Of a stretch of 64,000 nucleotides of DNA, positions 38,299-46,258 are shown in pieces (position 1 is the stretch's first letter; every line of letters starts with the position of its first letter). A model generated the notes under the pieces. It saw only the letters and a list, made by a program, of their open reading frames with translations. It did no database searches and had not been told where the DNA came from. The DNA is from Candidatus Nealsonbacteria bacterium (GTDB taxonomy: Bacteria; Patescibacteriota; Minisyncoccia; Minisyncoccales; RBG-13-36-15): contig DRFQ01000009.1 of NCBI GenBank assembly GCA_011050465.1, forward strand, positions 334 to 64,333, in the 5' to 3' direction. The position numbers were made by a program, and so were the translations under genes.

Positions 38299-39615
38299 CT
38301 ATTTTTCCAGCAGGATTTTTTTGTCTTTTAGAATTAGTTTGCTTTTCAGAAAGAAGAGGAATTCTCTTTTTTCAACCAGCGTTCCTTCTCTGAGAAGATA
38401 CTTTGCGTAATTTCGTATATCGATATCAACGTTATTATTTTCTTTTTTATGGCCCAGTACTCCGATCCTGAATTTATTGAATCTTGTGATTTCCTGTTCT
38501 ATTCTTGATTTTACCCCTAACTCATCTAAATCAATTCTATCCATCAATTCTATCAACTCGTTGATTAAATTTGGTTCATTGACAGCAGGATTTTTACAAT
38601 CAATATTTCTGGCTTTCGTGCAGAAATAATAGACGTGGCGGTTTACACCACCATCTTTTAATTTTTTGAACTTTTCATCAGCTGATATTCCCGAACCGCA
38701 ATAGCCGCATTTAATCAGTTTCGTGAAAGCGAATTCTTTGCTCTCGGTTTTTGGAATAAAGTTTTCATTAAGCGTCGTCTGAACCCTATCAAATAATTCC
38801 TTATTTATAATCGGCGTGTGCTTGCCAATATACCACTTGTTACTTCCCACTGGATATTCAAACTCTCCGTAATAGAAGTGATTTCGGAGAATGAGATAAA
38901 TGTTGGCAAGCACAAGCAGCTTGCCGTTTTTAGTTTTGAATTTTATCTCTCTCAGCCAACGATATACCTTACGTCCGCTCCATTGTTCGCTTGCCACTCT
39001 TTCAAACATCTGCTTTATAACCGGAGCTCTCTTTGGGTCAATCCTCGCCTGGCACTTTTTATCAGCGTGTTTTTCGTTGAGGTAGCCTGTAGGAGCGACT
39101 CCCGGCCTAAGTCCCATCTCGCATCTGGTTCGCAGCCCTCGCTTCACATTTACCGCTTTGTTGTCATTCTCGAGCTTAGCTTGAGATCCCAATATCATAA
39201 GCATGAACTTTTCGTTCGGGTTATTAGTGAATCTTTGCCCGAATGTCCTTATTTCCAATAGAAGCTTTTTATCCATCAAATCTACGATAGAACCTAAGTC
39301 TCCGGCATTTCTGCTCAGCCGGTCTGGAGCCCAAGTTAAAATACCATTGTATTTTCCTTCTTTTATTTCAGCCAGCATTTGATTAAAAATCTCTCTTTGG
39401 CCGACTTCCTTTGAAGAATGAGATTCGCGCTTGATATCTACAACTTTGAGGTTGTCTTTTTCTGCCAAAACCAACATCTCTTTTACCTGCGATTCTATAG
39501 AAAGAGTTTGTTTATCTTCTGCTTCAGTTGATTTTCTGGCATACAGGCAGTAACGTATATCAACCTTAACAGGGGATTGAAAATTATTAAGTCGTTCTTT
39601 TGTCGCTTGTTCCAT
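38299..39615 (-). CDS. Large serine recombinase
   Basis: N-terminal resolvase domain (CLYARKSTEAEDKQTLSIESQ), a recombinase domain, and a zinc-ribbon CGYCGSG...YYFCTK. Length 438 aa. Confidence 0.9.
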   Translation of the reverse strand: MEQATKERLNNFQSPVKVDIRYCLYARKSTEAEDKQTLSIESQVKEMLVLAEKDNLKVVDIKRESHSSKEVGQREIFNQMLAEIKEGKYNGILTWAPDRLSRNAGDLGSIVDLMDKKLLLEIRTFGQRFTNNPNEKFMLMILGSQAKLENDNKAVNVKRGLRTRCEMGLRPGVAPTGYLNEKHADKKCQARIDPKRAPVIKQMFERVASEQWSGRKVYRWLREIKFKTKNGKLLVLANIYLILRNHFYYGEFEYPVGSNKWYIGKHTPIINKELFDRVQTTLNENFIPKTESKEFAFTKLIKCGYCGSGISADEKFKKLKDGGVNRHVYYFCTKARNIDCKNPAVNEPNLINELIELMDRIDLDELGVKSRIEQEITRFNKFRIGVLGHKKENNNVDIDIRNYAKYLLREGTLVEKREFLFFLKSKLILKDKKILLEK

Positions 39616-39753
39616 ATCCTTGAATAGTCCTTAATTATTATAATTCGACCTTTCAAGGAGAGGATGCCGCAACGGCTCTGATGAGTCCAGGCCCCATCAG
39701 TTGACAACTTTTCAACCCAAAATTCTTCACTAATTTCATGGATAGACAAAAAA

Positions 39754-39768
39754 CTGCCAAAATGGCAG
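39754..39768. promoter_or_regulatory. Palindrome ctgccaaaatggcag (candidate operator O1) in the divergent control region
   Basis: 6-bp arms. It shares the CCAAA(A)TGG core with the palindrome at 39823-39840. Confidence 0.4.
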
Positions 39769-39816
39769 AATTAAGGTAGTTTTAAGAGAAATCAAACTTA
39801 TTCACAGGTTAATCTC

Positions 39817-39846
39817 TTGACACCCGACCAAATGGTCGGGTATTAT
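39817..39846 (+). promoter_or_regulatory. Promoter of the lexA-like/hsdM operon with an embedded palindromic operator (cccgaccaaatggtcggg, 39823-39840)
   Basis: TTGACA (39817-39822), an 18-nt spacer made up of the 18-bp palindrome, then TATTAT (39841-39846). ATG 39853 lies 6 nt after the -10 box. Confidence 0.5.
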
Positions 39847-39852
39847 AATATA

Positions 39853-40500
39853 ATGACTATAAAAAAAGAAATTATTACCAGAAGACAAAAAGAGTTATTA
39901 TCTATTATTTACGAATATATTAAGGACACTGGATATCCGCCAACCTTTGAAGAAATGAGAAAAAGATTAAATGTGTCCTCAAACCAATCGATTATCGATC
40001 TTTTGGTAAAATTAGAAAAACAGGGAGTTATTAAACGAAATGAGTCTTCGGCTCGAGGTTTAGCAATGTTGCCTTTAGGATATAGGATGCTTGGCCAACC
40101 GTCACTTGCTGCTTTTTTAGGCATTACAAGTGCAGGAGCACCCATTGAGGCTATAGAAATATCGGGAGAATGGCAATCAGTTTCTTCGGATATTAAAAAA
40201 CTTAAGGACGAAGTTTTTCTTTTGAAAATTTCCGGTGATTCAATGATTAATGCCGGTATTGAAGACGGCGATGTTGTTTTAGTAAAGGATCAAAAAGAAT
40301 TTTCCTCTCGCGATATTGTCTTAGCTCAAGTAGGGGACGACTCGACTATCAAGCGTTTTATTTCAGAAGATACACCACCATATGTTTATCTTAAGCCGGA
40401 AAATCCAAAATATAATATTATTCTTTTTACCGAAGAAAGTCGACTTATAGGAAAGGTTATTTCTGTTTTTAAAAATGGCTATTGGAAGCCGGTTAAATAA
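39853..40500 (+). CDS. LexA-like S24-peptidase repressor
   Basis: N-terminal winged-helix region (LLSIIYEYIKDTGYPPTFEEM..SNQSIIDLLVKLEKQGVI), an Ala-Gly cleavage-site context (SAGAP), Ser in GDSM and Lys in TIKRF. Confidence 0.85.
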   Translation: MTIKKEIITRRQKELLSIIYEYIKDTGYPPTFEEMRKRLNVSSNQSIIDLLVKLEKQGVIKRNESSARGLAMLPLGYRMLGQPSLAAFLGITSAGAPIEAIEISGEWQSVSSDIKKLKDEVFLLKISGDSMINAGIEDGDVVLVKDQKEFSSRDIVLAQVGDDSTIKRFISEDTPPYVYLKPENPKYNIILFTEESRLIGKVISVFKNGYWKPVK

Positions 40501-40509
40501 TTAAAATCT

Positions 40510-42465
40510 ATGCCAACTAAAAAACTCAATAAAACCAAAGAAATAATTGATAAAATTTTTCGCGACCCAGAAATAACCTATGGTTTAAAAGAATTCGAAG
40601 AAATTGACTTCGAAAAAGTTTTAGAAATTACCGAGGAAAGTCGAGATAAATTTTACATTAAAGACATTAAATCAAAAAAACTAAAACTTGTTTTTGATGA
40701 ATCAAAAAAGCAGGGTAAACCCGAAGAAATTATTCGACAACTTTGGCTCTACAAACTTAATACTCAGTATAAATATCCTTTTGATCGTATAGATACAGAA
40801 AAAAGTATTCACTTTGGTCGAGAGATTCACGCCAAAGCTGCTGACATCGTTGTTTATAAAAAAGATAAAATCACGCCGTTTATTATCCTAGAGATTAAAA
40901 GTCCAACCGAAAAGAAAGGAATTGAACAACTTAAAAGCTATCTTTCTGCCGAAGGTTCAGAAATAGGGGTTTGGTCAAATGGTAAAGAGCGAGTAATATT
41001 ATATAGACCATATCCAAAAGAGTTTCAAGATTCTTTAAGTGATATACCTCGAGCCGATCAAACCATCGACGATTTATTTGAAATCAAAAAAACTTGGTCC
41101 GAATTAAATCCAAAATTTGATTTTGTTAGAATTATCAAACGTATAGAAGAATTAGCTCTCGCTGGTTCTGGAGCAAATGTTTTTGAAGAAATCTTTAAAA
41201 TAATTTATGCCAAACTCTATGATGAAAAACTGGCACGTGAGCGGCGCGAGAACCAAGAAGTGCTTTTTAGGAAATATCGTGATCCCGAGAAAACATTTGA
41301 GGTGATCAACGACCAGCTTTTTAAAAATGCAATTAAAGAATGGCCAGATACTTTTGAAGAGTCAGATCGTATTAAGCTTTCTTCAGCAAGGCTTAATATC
41401 TGTGTGCCATTTTTGGAAAATGTTCGTCTTTTTGAATTAGGGAAAGGCGAACTGGAAATTATTGATAGTGCGTTTGAATATTTAATCACGGAAGTTTCAA
41501 AAGGTAAAAAAGGACAGTATTTTACACCTCGGCATGTCATCAAAATGTGTGTAAAGATGACGAATCCTAAAGCTGACGAATATATTATTGATCCCGCCTG
41601 TGGCTCCGGCGGTTTTCTTTTACATACAATGTATTATGTTTGGGAGAAATTAACCACAGAGGCAGCAAAAAATGATTATGCAGCAAAGTACCTCTTTGGG
41701 TTGGATTTTGACGAGAATATGCGTCGTATTTCCCAGGCTTTAATGCTTATTGCAGGTGATGGTAGACATCATATTTTTAAACGTGATTCACTTGATGCTC
41801 GGGACTGGCAAGGAGTAGAAAGCGAGGAGGCACGAGTAGCGTTGAAGCCGCTTTTATTAAAATTGGAAAATCCATCTGAAGCAAAAGAAAATCAACTTAC
41901 TTATAGGTATTTGAATTTTGACATTTTATTGACCAATCCGCCTTTTGCCGGAGAAAATCCCGAGTCAGGATTGTTGCGCCAATATGAACTTGCTAAAAAA
42001 GATGGCAAATTAAAGAATAATGTTGAGAGGCACATTCTTTTTATTGAGCGTTCTCTTGACGTCATTCGTCCTGGCGGCCGAATGGCAATCGTCTTGCCGC
42101 AAGGCGTCTTAAATAATACTAATATGGAGTTTGTCCGAGAATATGTTCTTAGTAAAGCAAGGATTTTAGCCGTAGTCGGACTCCATGTTAACACATTTAA
42201 ACCTCATGCTGGAACCAAAACTTCTATTTTATTTTTACAAAAATGGAATGAAAAAGAAAAACCACCTAAAAATTATCAAATTTTTATGGCGGTTTCAAAA
42301 AAGCCAGGCAAAGATAATTCCGGAGATTATGTGTATAAAAAAGATGATAAAGGAAATTATATTCACGATGCCAAAGGCCGTAAAGTTTTAGACCACGACC
42401 TCGGTGAGATCGCCGAAGCATTTGTTGATTTTGCCAAAAAACAAAAATTTAGTTTTTGGGAATAG
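40510..42465 (+). CDS. hsdM: Type I-like N6-adenine DNA methyltransferase (HsdM) fused to an N-terminal HsdR_N/PD-(D/E)xK-like domain
   Basis: Motif I DPACGSGGFL and motif IV NPPFAG. The N-terminal region AADIVVYKKDKITPFIILEIKSP...QLKSYL...WSNG resembles the HSDR_N nuclease-like fold (D...ExK). Confidence 0.85.
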   Translation: MPTKKLNKTKEIIDKIFRDPEITYGLKEFEEIDFEKVLEITEESRDKFYIKDIKSKKLKLVFDESKKQGKPEEIIRQLWLYKLNTQYKYPFDRIDTEKSIHFGREIHAKAADIVVYKKDKITPFIILEIKSPTEKKGIEQLKSYLSAEGSEIGVWSNGKERVILYRPYPKEFQDSLSDIPRADQTIDDLFEIKKTWSELNPKFDFVRIIKRIEELALAGSGANVFEEIFKIIYAKLYDEKLARERRENQEVLFRKYRDPEKTFEVINDQLFKNAIKEWPDTFEESDRIKLSSARLNICVPFLENVRLFELGKGELEIIDSAFEYLITEVSKGKKGQYFTPRHVIKMCVKMTNPKADEYIIDPACGSGGFLLHTMYYVWEKLTTEAAKNDYAAKYLFGLDFDENMRRISQALMLIAGDGRHHIFKRDSLDARDWQGVESEEARVALKPLLLKLENPSEAKENQLTYRYLNFDILLTNPPFAGENPESGLLRQYELAKKDGKLKNNVERHILFIERSLDVIRPGGRMAIVLPQGVLNNTNMEFVREYVLSKARILAVVGLHVNTFKPHAGTKTSILFLQKWNEKEKPPKNYQIFMAVSKKPGKDNSGDYVYKKDDKGNYIHDAKGRKVLDHDLGEIAEAFVDFAKKQKFSFWE

Positions 42466-42470
42466 AAATT

Positions 42471-44369
42471 ATGAAATTATTTCTTAAAGCAATTGAATTC
42501 GAAGATTACAGAAATATAAAAAATGGCTCAAGACTAATTTTTGAGCCTATTACTACTTTAGTTGGAGCAAATGAGAGCGGGAAGAGTAATATAATTAGAG
42601 CCATACAATTGTTATCCGAGGATTTTAATGAAAATGACACGAAAATGGGCAGTATTAGGGCATCAAGAAACGAAATGCCATTACTTAGGTATTTTTTTGA
42701 ACTTAAAAGTAAAGACCTGTTCGGATATTTTAAACAAAGTATTAAAAATTTCAGGGATAAAAATCTGATTTGTTTAATCGTAAGTGGTGAAACAAATGAA
42801 TTAATGTTATCAGATCAACGTTTTTCATTAAGGGAAATTGAATATAGAAATCAATGGAAGAATACTAGTGGTCAGCCCATGAAATTTAAGGCTCGCAAAG
42901 GAAAAGAGATAGAATTACAACAAAACGAAAAAATTTTTGGGGATAATGATAATAAATTTGCTATAGCGAAACTAGCTAGAGAGAATAAAATAACGAAACT
43001 TACGACTGAAGAAATAGACTCAGATGTTATAGATAAAATTTTTAAAGATTTTCTTCCAGAAATAGAATACTGGGAATATGACCAAGATAAACATTATCTT
43101 CCAGACCATGTATTCTGGGATAAATTTTTAACAGCGCCAGATAACTTTTTACCAGTTAAAAATTTATTTTTAATTGCTTGCTCCGAAGGAAATCTAACAG
43201 ATTTTAATACTGCCTTATCTAGTTTTAAAGGTAAAGATCATGAGATTCAAAAATATCTTGATGATGTTAGTAAGTCGCTTAACAAAATTATCAAAAAAAC
43301 ATGGAAGCAAAGCAATATAGAACTACAACTTTTTTATCAAACAGATAAATTGAGATTTGATATATACGAAGGAGGTCGCAGAACTCCTCCAAGCGTAAGA
43401 AGCGATGGTTTAAAATGGTTTCTTTCCTTTTTGCTTGATTTTAGATCAAGAGGTGAGTTGCAAAATAAGATTATTTTATTTGATCAACCGGGTGAGAAAT
43501 TACACCCCGGTGGTCAAAAAGAGTTACGAGAGCGTTTTACAGAAATTGCTTTAAAAAATCAAGTGATTTTTGCAACCCAATCTCCATTTTTAATTGATCG
43601 TAATTCTTGGTCAAAAGTAAAATTTTTACAAAGAAAAAATGGAGACCCTGAAATTAAGCAACCTACTAAATATGATGTAAAGAACGATGAATTACTTCGG
43701 CATTCACTTGGGTATTCACTGGCAGATGTGGGACAAGCCAATGACTTTAATATTGTCGTAGAGGGTTATACCGACCAGTTTTTATTATTAGATATAGGAA
43801 GAAGACTTAATGAAATAGCGTCTTATTTAGAAAAGAAACCGATTATTAATTTAAATAAGATAGCTATCTTTGATTCGCGTGGATTTACCACAATTAAAAA
43901 AAGGGTTGATGAATTACTACAAGCTAATTTGCATGCCATCGGCCTTTATGATGGCGATGATGTTAGTAAAAAACGGTTCTCTCAAGATCGTAAATCTAAG
44001 AGATTTAGAAATCTTCTATTTTCCTTAGATGAAATAGTTGATCAGAATAATTATAAAACGATTGAGGATTTAGTCCCTGAAAGATTATGGGAGAAATCAT
44101 GCAAGGAATATTTTAAAAAGAATCGGTCTAAATTAACTAAGAAAAACTTTTGTCATCCTCGTTGGGGAAAAATTAAGGAATGGTACAAGAATAACTATAA
44201 TACCGAAATTACCCGAAAAGAGAAAGAGAGTCTATGGGAAGTTATTTTTGATAATTGGGATCAATATTTTGATAGCGTAAAAGATATTTCAAAAATTTCT
44301 GAGATTAATATAACAAAACAGGCATTAGAAAGTTTAGCTAAAAAAGTTGCTCGTGGAAAGAATAAATAA
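42471..44369 (+). CDS. OLD-family protein: ABC-type ATPase fused to a C-terminal TOPRIM nuclease domain
   Basis: Walker A GANESGKS, SDGLKWFLSF (signature-like), ILFDQPGEKLHP (Walker B region), and TOPRIM VVEGYTDQ ... GLYDGDD. The start is taken at ATG 42471 (MKLFLK). Confidence 0.75.
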   Translation: MKLFLKAIEFEDYRNIKNGSRLIFEPITTLVGANESGKSNIIRAIQLLSEDFNENDTKMGSIRASRNEMPLLRYFFELKSKDLFGYFKQSIKNFRDKNLICLIVSGETNELMLSDQRFSLREIEYRNQWKNTSGQPMKFKARKGKEIELQQNEKIFGDNDNKFAIAKLARENKITKLTTEEIDSDVIDKIFKDFLPEIEYWEYDQDKHYLPDHVFWDKFLTAPDNFLPVKNLFLIACSEGNLTDFNTALSSFKGKDHEIQKYLDDVSKSLNKIIKKTWKQSNIELQLFYQTDKLRFDIYEGGRRTPPSVRSDGLKWFLSFLLDFRSRGELQNKIILFDQPGEKLHPGGQKELRERFTEIALKNQVIFATQSPFLIDRNSWSKVKFLQRKNGDPEIKQPTKYDVKNDELLRHSLGYSLADVGQANDFNIVVEGYTDQFLLLDIGRRLNEIASYLEKKPIINLNKIAIFDSRGFTTIKKRVDELLQANLHAIGLYDGDDVSKKRFSQDRKSKRFRNLLFSLDEIVDQNNYKTIEDLVPERLWEKSCKEYFKKNRSKLTKKNFCHPRWGKIKEWYKNNYNTEITRKEKESLWEVIFDNWDQYFDSVKDISKISEINITKQALESLAKKVARGKNK

Positions 44370-44375
44370 CTACTT

Positions 44376-45737
44376 ATGGTTACTCATCTCATAATCCAAA
44401 AATCACAACTAGAAGGCGGTTTGCGTCTTGATGCGGAATATTATCAACCGGAATATTTAGAGTTAAAAAATAGATTGTGTAAAACCGAATCATATAAATT
44501 CTGGAAAGATATTAAAGGAAACTTTATTACGGGACCCTTTGGCTCAGAATTTAATGTTGAAAACTATGTTTTAAACGGGAAATATCGGTATGTTCGTGGA
44601 AAAGACGTTAAAGAATTTTTCCTTTCTGACGATGATAACGTATATATACCCCAAAAAGACTTTGAAAGACTTAAAAAATATTCATTAAAAGAAAATGATA
44701 TTTTAATTTCAGTTGTTGGAACGCTTGGAAATGCTGCTATTATTGATAATTCTGTTCCTCCAGCAATTTTTAGCTGTAAGAGTACAGTTTTTCGTAGCGA
44801 ATCGATAAATCCTTACTATTTTATTAGTTATCTTAATTCGCTTTATGGTCGAAAATTATTAGGCCGTAATGTACGCGGCGCAGTTCAGACAGGACTTAAT
44901 ATTGATGATTTGAGATTATTGCCAGTATTTATTCCACCAAAACAACAACAGGAATTGATTGGTTCGTTGGTCTCGAAGGCAAAGGAGGAATATGAAAATA
45001 CTAAATTATTTTATTCTCAAGCTGAAGATTTACTTTTAGAAGAATTGGGTTTAAAAGATTTTGAAGTCGGGGATGATTTGTCTTATGTTGTTAATCTTTC
45101 AGATTTAAAATTAGTTAACCGTATTGATGCCGAGTACTTTCAGCCGAAACACGAGAAATTAATATCAAAAATTAAAAACCAAAATATAAAAAAACTTGCT
45201 GATTTAGTTTCAATAAAAAAGGGGATTGAGATAGGAAGTGAGAAATATCAAAAAGAGGGAAAGTTATTTGTTCGAGTGAGCAATCTTTCAAAACAGGGGA
45301 TTATTGATAAGGATCAGAAATATTTAAGCGAAGAATTATATCAGAAACTAAAAAAAGATTTTGAGCCAAAAGCAGGAGAAATTTTACTAACTAAAGATGC
45401 AACTCCGGGCATGGCTTATTTATTAAAAGAATCAATTGAGGGAATAATTGCCGGCGGAATTTTAAGATTAAAACCCGAAACAAAAATCGAACCAGAATAT
45501 TTAGCTTTAGTGATAAATTCTATTGTTGGTCAATCACAAGTAGAACGAGATACCGGTGGTTCAGTAATTATCCACTGGCGACCAGAACAAATTAAAAATT
45601 GTTCAATTCCAATTTTACCTAAATCTACCCAGCAAAAAATTGCTGATTTGGTTCGCCAATCCCACGAAGCTCGCAAAAAAGCAAAAGAATCATTAGAACA
45701 AGCCAAACAAAAAGTCGAAGAATTAATTGAGAAATAA
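44376..45737 (+). CDS. hsdS: Type I restriction-modification specificity subunit (two target-recognition domains)
   Basis: Duplicated TRD openings RLDAEYYQPEY and RIDAEYFQPKHEKL. Conserved helical spacers (QQQELIGSLV, QQKIADLVRQ). Confidence 0.85.
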   Translation: MVTHLIIQKSQLEGGLRLDAEYYQPEYLELKNRLCKTESYKFWKDIKGNFITGPFGSEFNVENYVLNGKYRYVRGKDVKEFFLSDDDNVYIPQKDFERLKKYSLKENDILISVVGTLGNAAIIDNSVPPAIFSCKSTVFRSESINPYYFISYLNSLYGRKLLGRNVRGAVQTGLNIDDLRLLPVFIPPKQQQELIGSLVSKAKEEYENTKLFYSQAEDLLLEELGLKDFEVGDDLSYVVNLSDLKLVNRIDAEYFQPKHEKLISKIKNQNIKKLADLVSIKKGIEIGSEKYQKEGKLFVRVSNLSKQGIIDKDQKYLSEELYQKLKKDFEPKAGEILLTKDATPGMAYLLKESIEGIIAGGILRLKPETKIEPEYLALVINSIVGQSQVERDTGGSVIIHWRPEQIKNCSIPILPKSTQQKIADLVRQSHEARKKAKESLEQAKQKVEELIEK

Positions 45738-45748
45738 TCAAAAATATT

Positions 45749-46018
45749 ATGACAAAAATTAAAGTTAAAAAAATAACAGATGGTGACACCTTTCAGGGCA
45801 CAAGGGGTGGATTTTACCGCTTAGCTAATGTTGATGCTCCCGAAAAAAGAGAGCGGGGGTATCAAAAGGCCAAAGAAACCTTAAAAGAACTTATTGAAGG
45901 CGAAAAGCTTATTGTTAAAGTTGAGGGCACATCTTATGGTAGAAAAGTTGCAACCGTCAGAATACCAGGCGAAAAAACGAGTATTAATGAAAAAATGAGG
46001 CGTAGGGGTTATAAATAG
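45749..46018 (+). CDS. Small staphylococcal-nuclease-like (SNase/thermonuclease fold) protein
   Basis: ITDGDTF, YRLANVDAPE and SYGRKVATV match the SNase Ca-binding and catalytic residues. At 89 aa it is shorter than typical SNases. Confidence 0.65.
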   Translation: MTKIKVKKITDGDTFQGTRGGFYRLANVDAPEKRERGYQKAKETLKELIEGEKLIVKVEGTSYGRKVATVRIPGEKTSINEKMRRRGYK

Positions 46019-46193
46019 AATTTCCTCAGGTCGTTTTTAAAATGGTACGTCATACTATCCCAAATGGAACACCCCCTTTCTGTGTCCCATTTGTCCCATT
46101 TTAGCTTAAAAAGCCCCGACCGAGACGCCTAAATGGAACACGGCCAAAATCGCCCAAAACACCCTTAAAACTGGGGTTCAGAACTGAGGTACA

Positions 46194-46225
46194 CAGCCAT
46201 CCTATGCTAAGTCAAGTGACCGAGA
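46194..46225 (+). repeat. Right direct repeat (att-like): cagccatcctatgctaagtcaagtgaccgaga
   Basis: 30/32 match to 37456-37487. Confidence 0.85.
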
Positions 46226-46258
46226 CTTGTTCGATTTGAGTCCTGAGCCAGCAATATA

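Larger units (their letters stand above)
37456..46225. mobile_element. About 8.7-kb integrated element at the tRNA-Gln 3-prime end (serine recombinase, LexA-like repressor, hsdM-OLD-hsdS-SNase cargo)
   Basis: It is bounded by 32-nt direct repeats (30/32 identical) whose left copy includes the last 6 nt of tRNA-Gln. It carries a recombinase and a repressor at one end and defence-type cargo. Confidence 0.6.
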
